A DNA stretch of 64,000 bases from Parcubacteria group bacterium Athens0714_16 (lineage in GTDB: Bacteria; Patescibacteriota; Minisyncoccia; Phycocordibacterales; 21-14-all-36-13). The stretch is from positions 47,116 to 111,115 of the forward strand of contig VMGX01000002.1 of assembly GCA_007376805.1 (NCBI GenBank), read 5' to 3'. Position 1 is the first letter of the stretch. Each line of letters opens with the position of its first letter. The notes below the pieces were generated by a model. The model had not been told where the DNA came from, searched no databases, and saw only the letters and a list, made by a program, of their open reading frames with translations. The position numbers and the translations under genes were made by a program. Of this stretch, positions 55,834-64,000 are shown one piece after another.

Positions 55834-55965
55834 GAGCTGTTCCTCCTTTATTTTTTAAATAACGATGACACTTATTGTGTCTCTGGTTCTCAAAATACTC
55901 CTAACAAAATTTTTGTCAAATGAAAAAGCAATTTAGATTGTTTTTTCATCCATAATTTTTTAATT

Positions 55966-56117
55966 CACCACAGCCCCACTTTTTTATAACAAACCATAAA
56001 TATTATTTTTTAATTTCATAACTCTTTTTTAGTTTTGTAATACTTTATTTTTTCTAGCAAAGTGGAGCTGGATCCTCAAAAAATATAGTCGCTTCGCTCC
56101 TTATTTTTTGGGAAATG
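55966..56117 (-). repeat. CAGCCCCACTTTT inverted-repeat element (copy B)
   Basis: The reverse complement aligns along its full length with 13211-13362. Inverted-repeat arms at 55971-55983 and about 56058-56071. Confidence 0.75.
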
Positions 56118-56459
56118 AAAAACCCCCTAATTCAAAAGACAATCCGTTAAGCTTGGCGAATTTCCCGTCTATAGGGAATTCTTGATTGTCTTTGAATTAA
56201 GGGTCAAACCATACTCATGCGCAGAATATGATTTAATTGATTATGCTATAACACAATGGATCTGTTTCAGAAATTGTCTTCTGAACATAAAAACGATTGT
56301 GGGGTTCCTAGGTTCCACATCGTTCCCGCGCCGATGCCTTTTTCGCAGATCGATGTAACAACTACATCTATTTGTCATTATAAACACAGTAAGAAAAAAC
56401 ACAAGTTTAATGGCCTTTTTCTATCCACAGAATGTCCACTTTTTGGATATGTGAATTAT

Positions 56460-56487
56460 TTGACATTAAATTTGTTTCCTATATACT
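56460..56487 (+). promoter_or_regulatory. candidate 23S rRNA promoter
   Basis: TTGACA (56460-56465), 16-nt spacer, TATACT (56482-56487). The leader contains hairpins, including CCGCTT-ATTA-AAGCGG plus T7. Confidence 0.4.
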
Positions 56488-57296
56488 CTAACCTTGTGTT
56501 AAGAAATATGAACGAATACAAAAAATCACTAAAAAAGCGGAGGTAATAATCTTGTTTTTGAAGGATTATCGCCCGCTTATTAAAGCGGTTTTTTTATTAA
56601 AGAAATTGGCGGAATGACTGGACGAATGAACATTGAAAAATGAATATTAGTTAAGTTTAAAAGCAGAATCCAAGTGTCTTTTTCGTGGCACTGGATTTTA
56701 AAGTATTTTTCATCTAGCGGAATAGAAATATTCCATAGAAAATAAGTTTTATTAAGTCCCGCGTGATTTAATAAAAAAATTGTGGTTTATGTAGTTCCTA
56801 ACAGGAAATACATAAGGGCGTATGGTGGATGCCTTGACTCTAAGAGGCGATGAAGGACGTGGCATGGCTGCGATAAACTTCGGGGAGGTGCCTAGCAACC
56901 TTTGATCCGAAGGTTTCCGAATGGGGTAACCCATTGTGACAAACTCACAATACTGAATTTATTCAGTGCATACCTGGGGAAGTAAAACATTTCAGTACCC
57001 AGAGGAAAATAGAACAATAGTTATTCCCTTAGTAGCGGCGAGCGAAAAGGGAAAAGCCCAAACCGAACTCTTTTATTAGGGCTCGGGGTTGTAGGACGTT
57101 AATATCATATTTATATGAAAGAAGTTACAAATGTGTTAGATAGTTGAACAAGCTGGAAAGCTTGGCCCCAGAGGGTGATAGCCCCTTAAACGAAATTTTA
57201 CACACTTCTTTGTTAATGTTCCTGAGTATCTCAAGACACGAATGGCTTGAGAGAATCTGCCGGAACTAACCGGTAAGGCTAAATACTCTTAGAGAT

Positions 57297-57339
<43 letters not shown>

Positions 57340-58679
57340 GGAGAGGGGAGTGAAATAGACCTGAAACCATATGTCTACAAGGAGTCGGAGCAGAACTCTA
57401 CTGAGTTCTTTAAATATGTTTTTTAAAATTTATAATTTATGGATTTTAAAATTAGAGAATTGAGTAGAGTTTCTGCGACGGCGTGCCTATTGAAGAATGA
57501 GCCAACGAGTTTACATGTACTGCTTGACTAAGTCCCGAAAGGACGGAGTCTAAGGGAAACCGAGTGTTAAAAGCGCGTTCCGCTTTATTGCGGGTGTAGT
57601 ATATGTAAGACCCGAAGCCAGGTGAGCTACCCATGATCAGGGTGAACTTTGTCGAAAGACAAAGGGAGGCCCGAACCGTTTAGCCGTGCAAAACTATCGG
57701 ATGAATTGTGGGTAGGAGTGAAAAGCTAATCGAACTTGGTAATAGCTGGTTCTCTCCGAAATAGCTTTAGGGCTAGCGTTTAGTTTATCTTTTGGGGGTA
57801 GAGCACTGGATGGTCTGGATAGGAGGCAACTTCACTAGACCAATCAAACTCCGAATACCAGAAGCCACTACTAAACAGTCAGACTACGGGGGCTAAGCTC
57901 CGTCGGTCAAAAGGGAAACAGCCCAGATCTCAAGTTAAGGTCCCTAAATTTACATTAAGTGCAAATAAGGAGGTGGAATTTCTCCGACAGCGAGGAGGTT
58001 GGCTTAGAAGCAGCCATCCTTTAAAGAAAGCGTAACAGCTCACTCGTTAAGAGATTTTGCGCCACAAATAATCGGGGCTAAATGTGATACCGAAACTGAG
58101 GATGTCATCACTTTATTGTGATGGCGTGGTAGGAGAGCATTCCGTTCTACTGTGAAGCCAAAGGGGTGACCCATGGTGGAGTGTACGGAAGAGATAATGT
58201 TGGCACGAGTAACCACAATTCCACTAAGAAAGTGGAACGCCGAAAGATCAAGGTTTCCTTGGCAATGTAAATCATCCAAGGGTTAGTCGGTCCTAAGGTT
58301 ATGACGAAAGTCGGAGCCGATGGACACACGGTTAATATTCCGTGACTTTCATTTATTTCGATGGGGTGACGAAGTTTAGTATGTTTGGCGCATTATTGGA
58401 TTTGCGTCTACTTTGTGAGGAAGGTGCTTAGGCAAATCCGGGCACCTGACTTTAATGTCAATTCCAAGCGAGGCGGAGAACCTGAGATTCGTCAAAGGGA
58501 ATCAAACAAAGCAAGCTTCCAAGAAAAACCTCTAAGGTTAAATAAATGAAAACCGTACCGAAAACCGACACAGGTGATCAGGTCGAGAAGACTAAGGCGA
58601 ATGAGTGAGTGTTCCCCAAGGAACTCGGCAAAAAAGCAGCCGTAACTTTGGAATAAGGCTTTCCAGCTCCAATTTTGGG

Positions 58680-58950
58680 AGTAAAATTAAATTATGAATT
58701 ATGTTTATCTTATTCAAAATGATTTTGATGGAGAAATATATATTGGACAAACTTCTGATATAAAAAGAAGGTTGGCTGAACATAATAATAAATGTCAAAA
58801 AGTTTACCACTAAAAAACGGTAAGTGGATAATTATTTATCTTGAAATATTCAGAAATAAAAAAGATGCACAAGAAAGAGAAAATAAATTAAAACAACATG
58901 GTGGTGGTAAAAAAGAATTACTTAAGCGACTAAGATATAGTTTGCTTGAG
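58680..58950 (+). other. 271-nt insertion in the terminal loop of a helix-63-equivalent hairpin
   Basis: Closed by the 17-bp helix CCAGCTCCAATTTTGGG (58663-58679) with CCCAAAATTGGAGCTGG (58951-58967). Lacks the AUAUAGUC group I signature. Confidence 0.6.
58694..58935 (+). pseudogene. frameshifted GIY-YIG nuclease gene inside the 23S insertion
   Basis: Frame 1 reads MNYVYLIQNDFDGEIYIGQTSDIKRRLAEHNNK (GIY-YIG N-half, stop at 58813). The C-half KWIIIYLEIFRNKKDAQERENKLKQ continues in another frame from about 58792, with no stop until 59028 in rRNA sequence. The shift lies near an A-run. Confidence 0.65.
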
Positions 58951-59124
58951 CCCAAAATTGGAGCTGGACGCAGCGAAAGTACCCCTGGCGACTGTTTACC
59001 AAAAACACAGCTCCCTGCGAACTCGTAAGAGGATGTATAGGGGGTGACGCCTGACCAATGCCAGAAGGTTAAACATGAGGGGTCCAAGAAGTTTTACTTT
59101 TTGGGCTGGATTATGTAAGCCCTG

Positions 59125-59159
<35 letters not shown>

Positions 59160-59611
59160 TCTCGGTTTAATTTTTAAATTGAATCGAGAAAGACTAGGAC
59201 TGTTATAATAAAAAATTGGTAACAAAAGATTGCTGCCTATTTCACGTAAAGTGAAATGTCTATAAAATTTGACCATATGCTGGGAAACCCGCGATGTATC
59301 CTTAAGTACTCGTTTAATTTTTTAAACAGTAACAAACTTTAAGGTGATGCGGAAAATCAGCAGGAAAGTTTGAATTCTTTTTAATTAAATCTAGAATTCA
59401 AAATCCTCAGAGACTAAAAGTCAGACTAAGTTGTCTACAAAAACAATTTAGAAAATATAGTCCGAACTTTGTGGCGACACAGAGAGTGAGACAGAAATGT
59501 TCTTACCTTGTATCTGCGTTCATCTGCGCCTGCCCCGTAGCTAGAGCATAGCTCTATGGTACTGGGGTATAATTTGCGTAGATCTGCGTTTGTTACAAAG
59601 TAACAAAGTTG
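59160..59611 (+). mobile_element. group I intron (ORF-less) at the E. coli 1917-equivalent position
   Basis: Interrupts CCTAAGGT|...G|AGCGTAATTCC. The 5' exon ends in U and the intron ends in G. Contains AGACTAAAAGTC and GAAAATATAGTCC core-like motifs. Confidence 0.75.
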
Positions 59612-60105
59612 AGCGTAATTCCTTGTGTGGTAAGTTCACACGTGCACGAATGGCGTAACGACTGGGGGACTGTCTCGGGGAACAGCTCGGTGAAAATACA
59701 GTATCGGTGAAGATGCCGATTACCTGCAACGGGACGAAAAGACCCCGGGAGCTTTACTGCAACTTCGTATTGAATATACGTTTCATCTGCGTAGCATAGA
59801 TGGGAGACTTTGAAGTTTGTTTTTCGGAACAGATGGAGTCAACAGTGAAATACCATTCTTATGTGATGTATATTCTAACCTCAACGGCAAAAACGGTGAG
59901 GGACATTGCGTGGTGGGCAGTTTTAGTGGGGCGCTATCCTCCTAAAGAGTAACGGAGGAGTTTATCAAGGTCAGCTAGGCGCGAATGGAAACCGTGCCGA
60001 TAGTGTAATGGCACAAGCTGGCTTAACTGCGAGACGGACATGTCGAGCAGATGCGAAAGCAGAACATAATGAACCGACGATTCGAATTAGACACGGTCGG
60101 AGATT

Positions 60106-60138
<33 letters not shown>

Positions 60139-60181
60139 GGTTCCGCCTAAGCGTTCAGAGCGACGGCGGAGTTCGGCACCT

Positions 60182-60503
60182 TAAAGTAAATTTACAAATT
60201 TAAATCGGGGTGCGACGTGAGAGATTGCGTAGCCTGGAATCAAAAACATATTTGTAGGAGAATATGTTCAGATTAAAAATATTGGCTTATAACGGTGGAC
60301 TCCATCATAAAAATTTTTATTATGGACAATACCGTGGGAAGTCTTCGTTTTCAAAAACGAATGACCCCGTAGAGACTGATGCGAAAGCAGAGAGTATTTC
60401 ATAAACGAAATGCTAATACGCCAACTCCTAACCACAATAAATTAATTGTGGAAGGAAGAAGATATAGTCCGATCCTTCTGGTAACAGAAGAAAAATGACA
60501 TTG
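60182..60503 (+). mobile_element. group I intron (ORF-less) at the E. coli ~2500-equivalent position
   Basis: Interrupts GGCACCT|...G|CGATGTCGG. Contains GAAGATATAGTCC. Shares blocks with the next intron. Confidence 0.75.
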
Positions 60504-60659
60504 CGATGTCGGCTCGACTTATCCTGGGACTGGAGAAGGCCCCAAGGGTTTGGCTGTTCGCCAATTAAAAAGTCACGTGAGCTGGGTTCAGACCGTCGTG
60601 AGACAGGTTGGTCTCCTATCTGTTGCAGGCGTCGATTTTTGAGGAGATTTGCTTCTAGT

Positions 60660-61486
60660 AAGTAATTGCTACTTCTCATAGTAATATGGGATGACAATTT
60701 GGCTAATAACGGTGAAATCTTCATAGGTTATCTGGCAGTGGAAAAACAATTAGCGCGGTCCGTTAATTGTGATAAAATTACTTGAGGACCAGATAATTTT
60801 TAAGACAATACCGTGGGAAGTCGATCTAAAATTAATTTAGCATATATCGCTGGTTTTCTTGATGGAGATGGAAGTTTAATGCTCCAAATAAAGAAAAGAA
60901 GTGATAACAAAAGAGGGATTCGTTTTATGGCGACAATATGTTTCTATCAAGATAGTCGTCACGATGAACCTTTATATTGGATAAGAAAAGAATTAAACAT
61001 AGGGTATGTTTCAAAAAGAAAAGATGGAATTACTGAATTGAGGATCAATGGATTTGAGAGAATTGAAGAAATTCTTAAAAATCTTATTCCTTATATAAAA
61101 TTCAAAAAGATACAAGCAAAAGCATTATATGATTGTTGTAAAATTTTACAAAAACCAATGAATGCTTTAAAAGAAAGTGATTTCAGAAAACTTGTAGATT
61201 TGATTCTTACAATTCAAAAAGAAAACTATGTTTCAAAGAAAAAGAAAGACAAAGAAGAATTGCTAAAACTATTAGATTTGACCCCGTAACGACTTGTTTT
61301 GTTCAATCTAATTTGAACAAACGGACTTGTATAATTTCGGAAGGTTCTGAAATATTTTAGGACAGATTTATACTTGTAATACGCCGACACCCTAATCAAC
61401 ACAAGGTTGGTGGGTGAAGATATAGTCTACACTCCTAGAAATAGGGGATAAATTCTAAATCAATTAAAAAGATTAAGAAATATGTG
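60660..61486 (+). mobile_element. group I intron with LAGLIDADG ORF in the sarcin-ricin loop region
   Basis: Interrupts CTAGT|...G|ACGAGAGGACC. Contains GAAGATATAGTCT. The ORF is inserted between the blocks CAATACCGTGGGAAGTC and TGACCCCGTA. Confidence 0.75.
60813..61289 (+). CDS. single-motif LAGLIDADG homing endonuclease (I-CreI-like)
   Basis: 158 aa. LAYIAGFLDGDGSLMLQIKKR motif and overall I-CreI-like layout. GTG start within a conserved intron block. Confidence 0.85.
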   Translation: MGSRSKINLAYIAGFLDGDGSLMLQIKKRSDNKRGIRFMATICFYQDSRHDEPLYWIRKELNIGYVSKRKDGITELRINGFERIEEILKNLIPYIKFKKIQAKALYDCCKILQKPMNALKESDFRKLVDLILTIQKENYVSKKKKDKEELLKLLDLTP

Positions 61487-61565
61487 ACGAGAGGACCGAA
61501 GTGAACTGACCTCTGGTGTACCTGCTGTCGTGCCAACGGCACCGCAGGGTAGCTATGTCGGGAAA

Positions 61566-61598
<33 letters not shown>

Positions 61599-61874
61599 AA
61601 CTCCAAGATAAGAAATCATTTAAGATTCCTGAGAGATGATCAGGTTGATAGGCCTTAGGTGTAAGCACAGCAATGTGTTCAGCCGAGAGGTACTAATTTA
61701 ATCAAAATTACTTCCTGTTGGGAGCTATGTGAGCTACAATATTTTATTTTTGTGGATTCTTTATTCCGCTAGGTGAAAAATACTTTATCTGTTTTTATAT
61801 ACTTAACTATTATTTTTTTTCTGAACTAAATTTTTTGAATTTAGTGCTTTTTTGTTCTTTTTAAATATTTAATT

Positions 61875-61983
61875 GGCGGTATAGTTTAATCTGCTCTGGG
61901 CAGACTGACCAGTGGTTTTTGGTTAGGGTTAAAACGTCGCCCTTTTAAGGCGAAGAGTATTGGTTCGAGTCCGATTATCGTCA
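61875..61983 (+). tRNA. tRNA-Lys (anticodon UUU) with a 36-nt D-loop insertion
   Basis: Acceptor GGCGGTA/TATCGTC, D-stem GTTT/AAAC, anticodon arm TCGCC-CTTTTAA-GGCGA, T-arm ATTGG-TTCGAGT-CCGAT. The insert at 61891-61926 lies between AAT and GGTTA of the D-loop. Confidence 0.6.
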
Positions 61984-61989
61984 CAAAAG

Positions 61990-62064
61990 GCGGGGGTAGT
62001 TCAGTTGGTTAGAACATTCGTTTCGCAAAACGAAAGGTCGGTGGTTCGAGTCCACCCCTCTGCT
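61990..62064 (+). tRNA. tRNA-Ala-like (G3:U70; CGC-containing 8-nt anticodon loop)
   Basis: Acceptor GCGGGGG/CCTCTGC with G3:U70, D-arm GTTC-AGTTGGTTA-GAAC, anticodon stem TTCGT/ACGAA enclosing TTCGCAAA (8 nt), variable AGGTC, T-arm GGTGG-TTCGAGT-CCACC. Confidence 0.6.
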
Positions 62065-62205
62065 CGAAGTTTTTTTTGAGTTCTTTTATATGGGCCGTTG
62101 AATTAACAGACCGAGGTCTTTAGTGACTGGCGTAACAGCGCGGGCTCAACGGAACGGGAGAGCTTGGTTGGGGTAATCGGTAAATCACCCACGGTCTATC
62201 ATTTT

Positions 62206-62679
62206 TTAGATAAGTTTTTTGTTTGCTCGCACAGTTTGTGCGAGCTTTTTGTTTGTTTTTTCAAAACTCTCGATGTTTCCTTTAATAATTTTAAAAAGTG
62301 GATGTATTTTTATCTTTTCAATCTTTTTTAATTCAGAATATTTTATTTTGTCTCTATTTTTTAGTTTATTTTTTAAATGTTTAAATTCATATTCTAACTG
62401 TCCACTTGTTACATTAATACAAATTTTTTTGTAATTTTTTTCAATTTTATTTTTATCAAATTTATATTTTCTTTCAGATGCTTCTTTTTCGATGTGATGG
62501 AGATATGTATTTATTGAATTCAACGAATTTTTTGTATTTTTAAAACGCAAAAGCTGTGGATGATTTTTATAACCCACAGTTTTTCCTTCAAGAACTTTTT
62601 TTGCAAGAAGGCCTTCTCGCCAAACAGCTAAAAGTCCCATCCGGTCTAAATATTTTGGATGTATACTCCATAAACGCAT
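62206..62679 (-). CDS. pyrimidine dimer DNA glycosylase (T4 endonuclease V / DenV-like family)
   Basis: MRLWSIHPKYLDRMGLLAVWREGLLAKKVLEGKTVGYKNHPQLLRF is the family signature. Start set at MRLW; the ORF is open to 62733. Confidence 0.75.
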   Translation of the reverse strand: MRLWSIHPKYLDRMGLLAVWREGLLAKKVLEGKTVGYKNHPQLLRFKNTKNSLNSINTYLHHIEKEASERKYKFDKNKIEKNYKKICINVTSGQLEYEFKHLKNKLKNRDKIKYSELKKIEKIKIHPLFKIIKGNIESFEKTNKKLAQTVRANKKLI

Positions 62680-62842
62680 ATTAGATAATTGATGAAATTT
62701 GAATTCCGATTTGATGCGGTGTGTATTAAACAAAGTTCGAATGTATTTTGCTGATAATCCTGATGCCGACTAATCGCACGCGCGGAGCGCGTGGTGGCTC
62801 TAAACCTCTCTGTACGCTCGTATCGTTCCGCCACCTGCCTGA

Positions 62843-63442
62843 ATACTTGAAAGTCCTTTTTACTACGGGGTATTTGAAAAACCAATAGGAAGCGGAAATT
62901 GGTATCAAGGAAAACATATACCGTTGATAACGCAGGAATTATTTGAAAAAGTAAAAACACAATTAAAGAGAGATAATATAGTTCGCCAATCAAAAGAATT
63001 TACTTTCACAAAACTAATGACCTGTGGACTTTGTGGTTCAGGGATATCTGCCGAAGAAAAATATAAGCAACTCAAAGACGGGACAACAGCTACATATAGA
63101 TATTATGGATGTAGTAGAGCAAAGGATAGATATTGTAAAAACCAATACCTACAAGAGAAAGATTTAACCGATCAGTTTATTAAATTAATAGATTCTGTAG
63201 ATTTAAATGAAGCGGGAGTAAAAATAAAATTTGAAGAGGAGTTAAGGAGATATAATAAATTTAATCTTGGAGTTTTGGGAGTTCAAAAGAAAAAAACAAA
63301 ACATGAAGATATTGATTTAAAAACATATGTGAAATATATTCTCCGAGATGGTACAAGTCAGGAGAAAAGAGAATTGATGGGATGTTTTAAATCAAAGATT
63401 AAAATTACGAAGAAAGTAGTGACGATCTCAGAATGTCGGTAA
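62843..63442 (+). pseudogene. 5'-truncated large serine recombinase (recombinase and zinc-ribbon domains only)
   Basis: Open frame ...FYYGVFEKPIGSGNWYQGKHIPLITQELFEKV then CGLCGSGISAEEKY...YRYYGCS zinc-ribbon and coiled coil. The N-terminal resolvase catalytic domain is absent, and an upstream in-frame TGA lies at 62840. Confidence 0.65.
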
Positions 63443-63937
63443 ACACTCAAAGTTAAGGGTTTTACTTAAATCAATACGATCATCTTGGTTATCTAAAGTT
63501 GCTTTTAGATTACTCATTCTGGCACGACATAAAACATTAAAATTAACAGTATCTATAAATTCCCCTTTGTTGTTATAAATTCCTATTTTGTAAGGAATTG
63601 TGATTCCGTAGGTATCAGCTATATTTATTTGAGCTGTTTCTATTTTTTTACCTTTATCATTATAAAATTCAATATCTTGTTTTTCTCCAGAAGAAACTAA
63701 CGACATTGGATGTATTCTTGTAAATGGGGTTATATTTATAGCAAAGATAAAACCTGAATCGCCATTAGCGGGAATTGAATATTTTTTACTAAAAAAATCT
63801 CCATCTTCCTTTACTACAAAAGGTATTTGAAAAATTTCATCATAGTTTTCAATTTTTGAAAATAACTGAAAATCACTAGAATTTCTAAGTTTTATGCTTA
63901 CAAACATTTTATCGATATTTCTATTATCTGCTTCCAA
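63428..63937 (-). CDS. hypothetical protein
   Basis: 169-aa ORF (TTG start uncertain, close to the window edge). No recognisable motifs. Confidence 0.4.
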   Translation of the reverse strand: MEADNRNIDKMFVSIKLRNSSDFQLFSKIENYDEIFQIPFVVKEDGDFFSKKYSIPANGDSGFIFAINITPFTRIHPMSLVSSGEKQDIEFYNDKGKKIETAQINIADTYGITIPYKIGIYNNKGEFIDTVNFNVLCRARMSNLKATLDNQDDRIDLSKTLNFECLPTF

Positions 63938-64000
63938 AATTAAGTTATCTTGCCAACTTTTTCTATGAATTATAGATTCGTTTTCATCTTGAAGTTCATA

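Noticed and set aside
56256-56546. 96-aa ORF upstream of the 23S gene
   Set aside because: It lies across the candidate rRNA promoter and leader, has no RBS and no protein-like motifs, and has a composition typical of a noncoding spacer.
57385-57475. AT-rich ~70-nt extra segment in 23S domain I as a fourth intron
   Set aside because: It sits in a naturally variable helix (H25-equivalent), is closed by a simple extended helix, and lacks group I motifs. It is more likely an expansion segment.

Overview
Strongly AT-rich bacterial window with short genes, consistent with a Patescibacteria/CPR (Parcubacteria-like) genome; that lineage call is inference. Housekeeping genes I recognise are rsmA, comM, pnp, rpsO, xerC/D, xth, cca, rarA, hup, rny, tig, clpP, nusA, tpiA, recJ, rnhA, rpmB, rpsL, rpsG and fusA. 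There is a type IV pilus/competence-type cluster at 31.8-42.0 kb (GspE/PilB ATPase, PilC platform, three prepilin-like genes, large secreted proteins) and a split ComEC. Seven tRNAs and an unlinked 23S rRNA gene are present. The notable content is RNA-level and repeat-level: (1) a complete type III hammerhead ribozyme motif (4817-4872) inside a promoter-driven, hairpin-dense noncoding locus of about 600 nt, followed by a 36-aa hydrophobic peptide ORF; (2) a 23S gene with three group I introns, one carrying an I-CreI-like LAGLIDADG ORF in the sarcin-ricin loop, plus an H63 insertion with a frameshifted GIY-YIG ORF; (3) a tRNA-Lys gene with a 36-nt D-loop insertion and an Ala-identity tRNA with an 8-nt anticodon loop; (4) two paralogous HTH+LAGLIDADG-like ORFs, each ending inside a tRNA-Gly gene; (5) fusA split into two overlapping ORFs, lacking a conserved 12-aa segment and carrying an in-frame insertion built from an intergenic CGCAGAT repeat module; (6) several dispersed repeat, hairpin and MITE-like families, one of which encodes the leaders of two pilin genes. 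All coordinates were counted by hand. RNA folds and rRNA position equivalents come from memory-based alignment and need computational confirmation.
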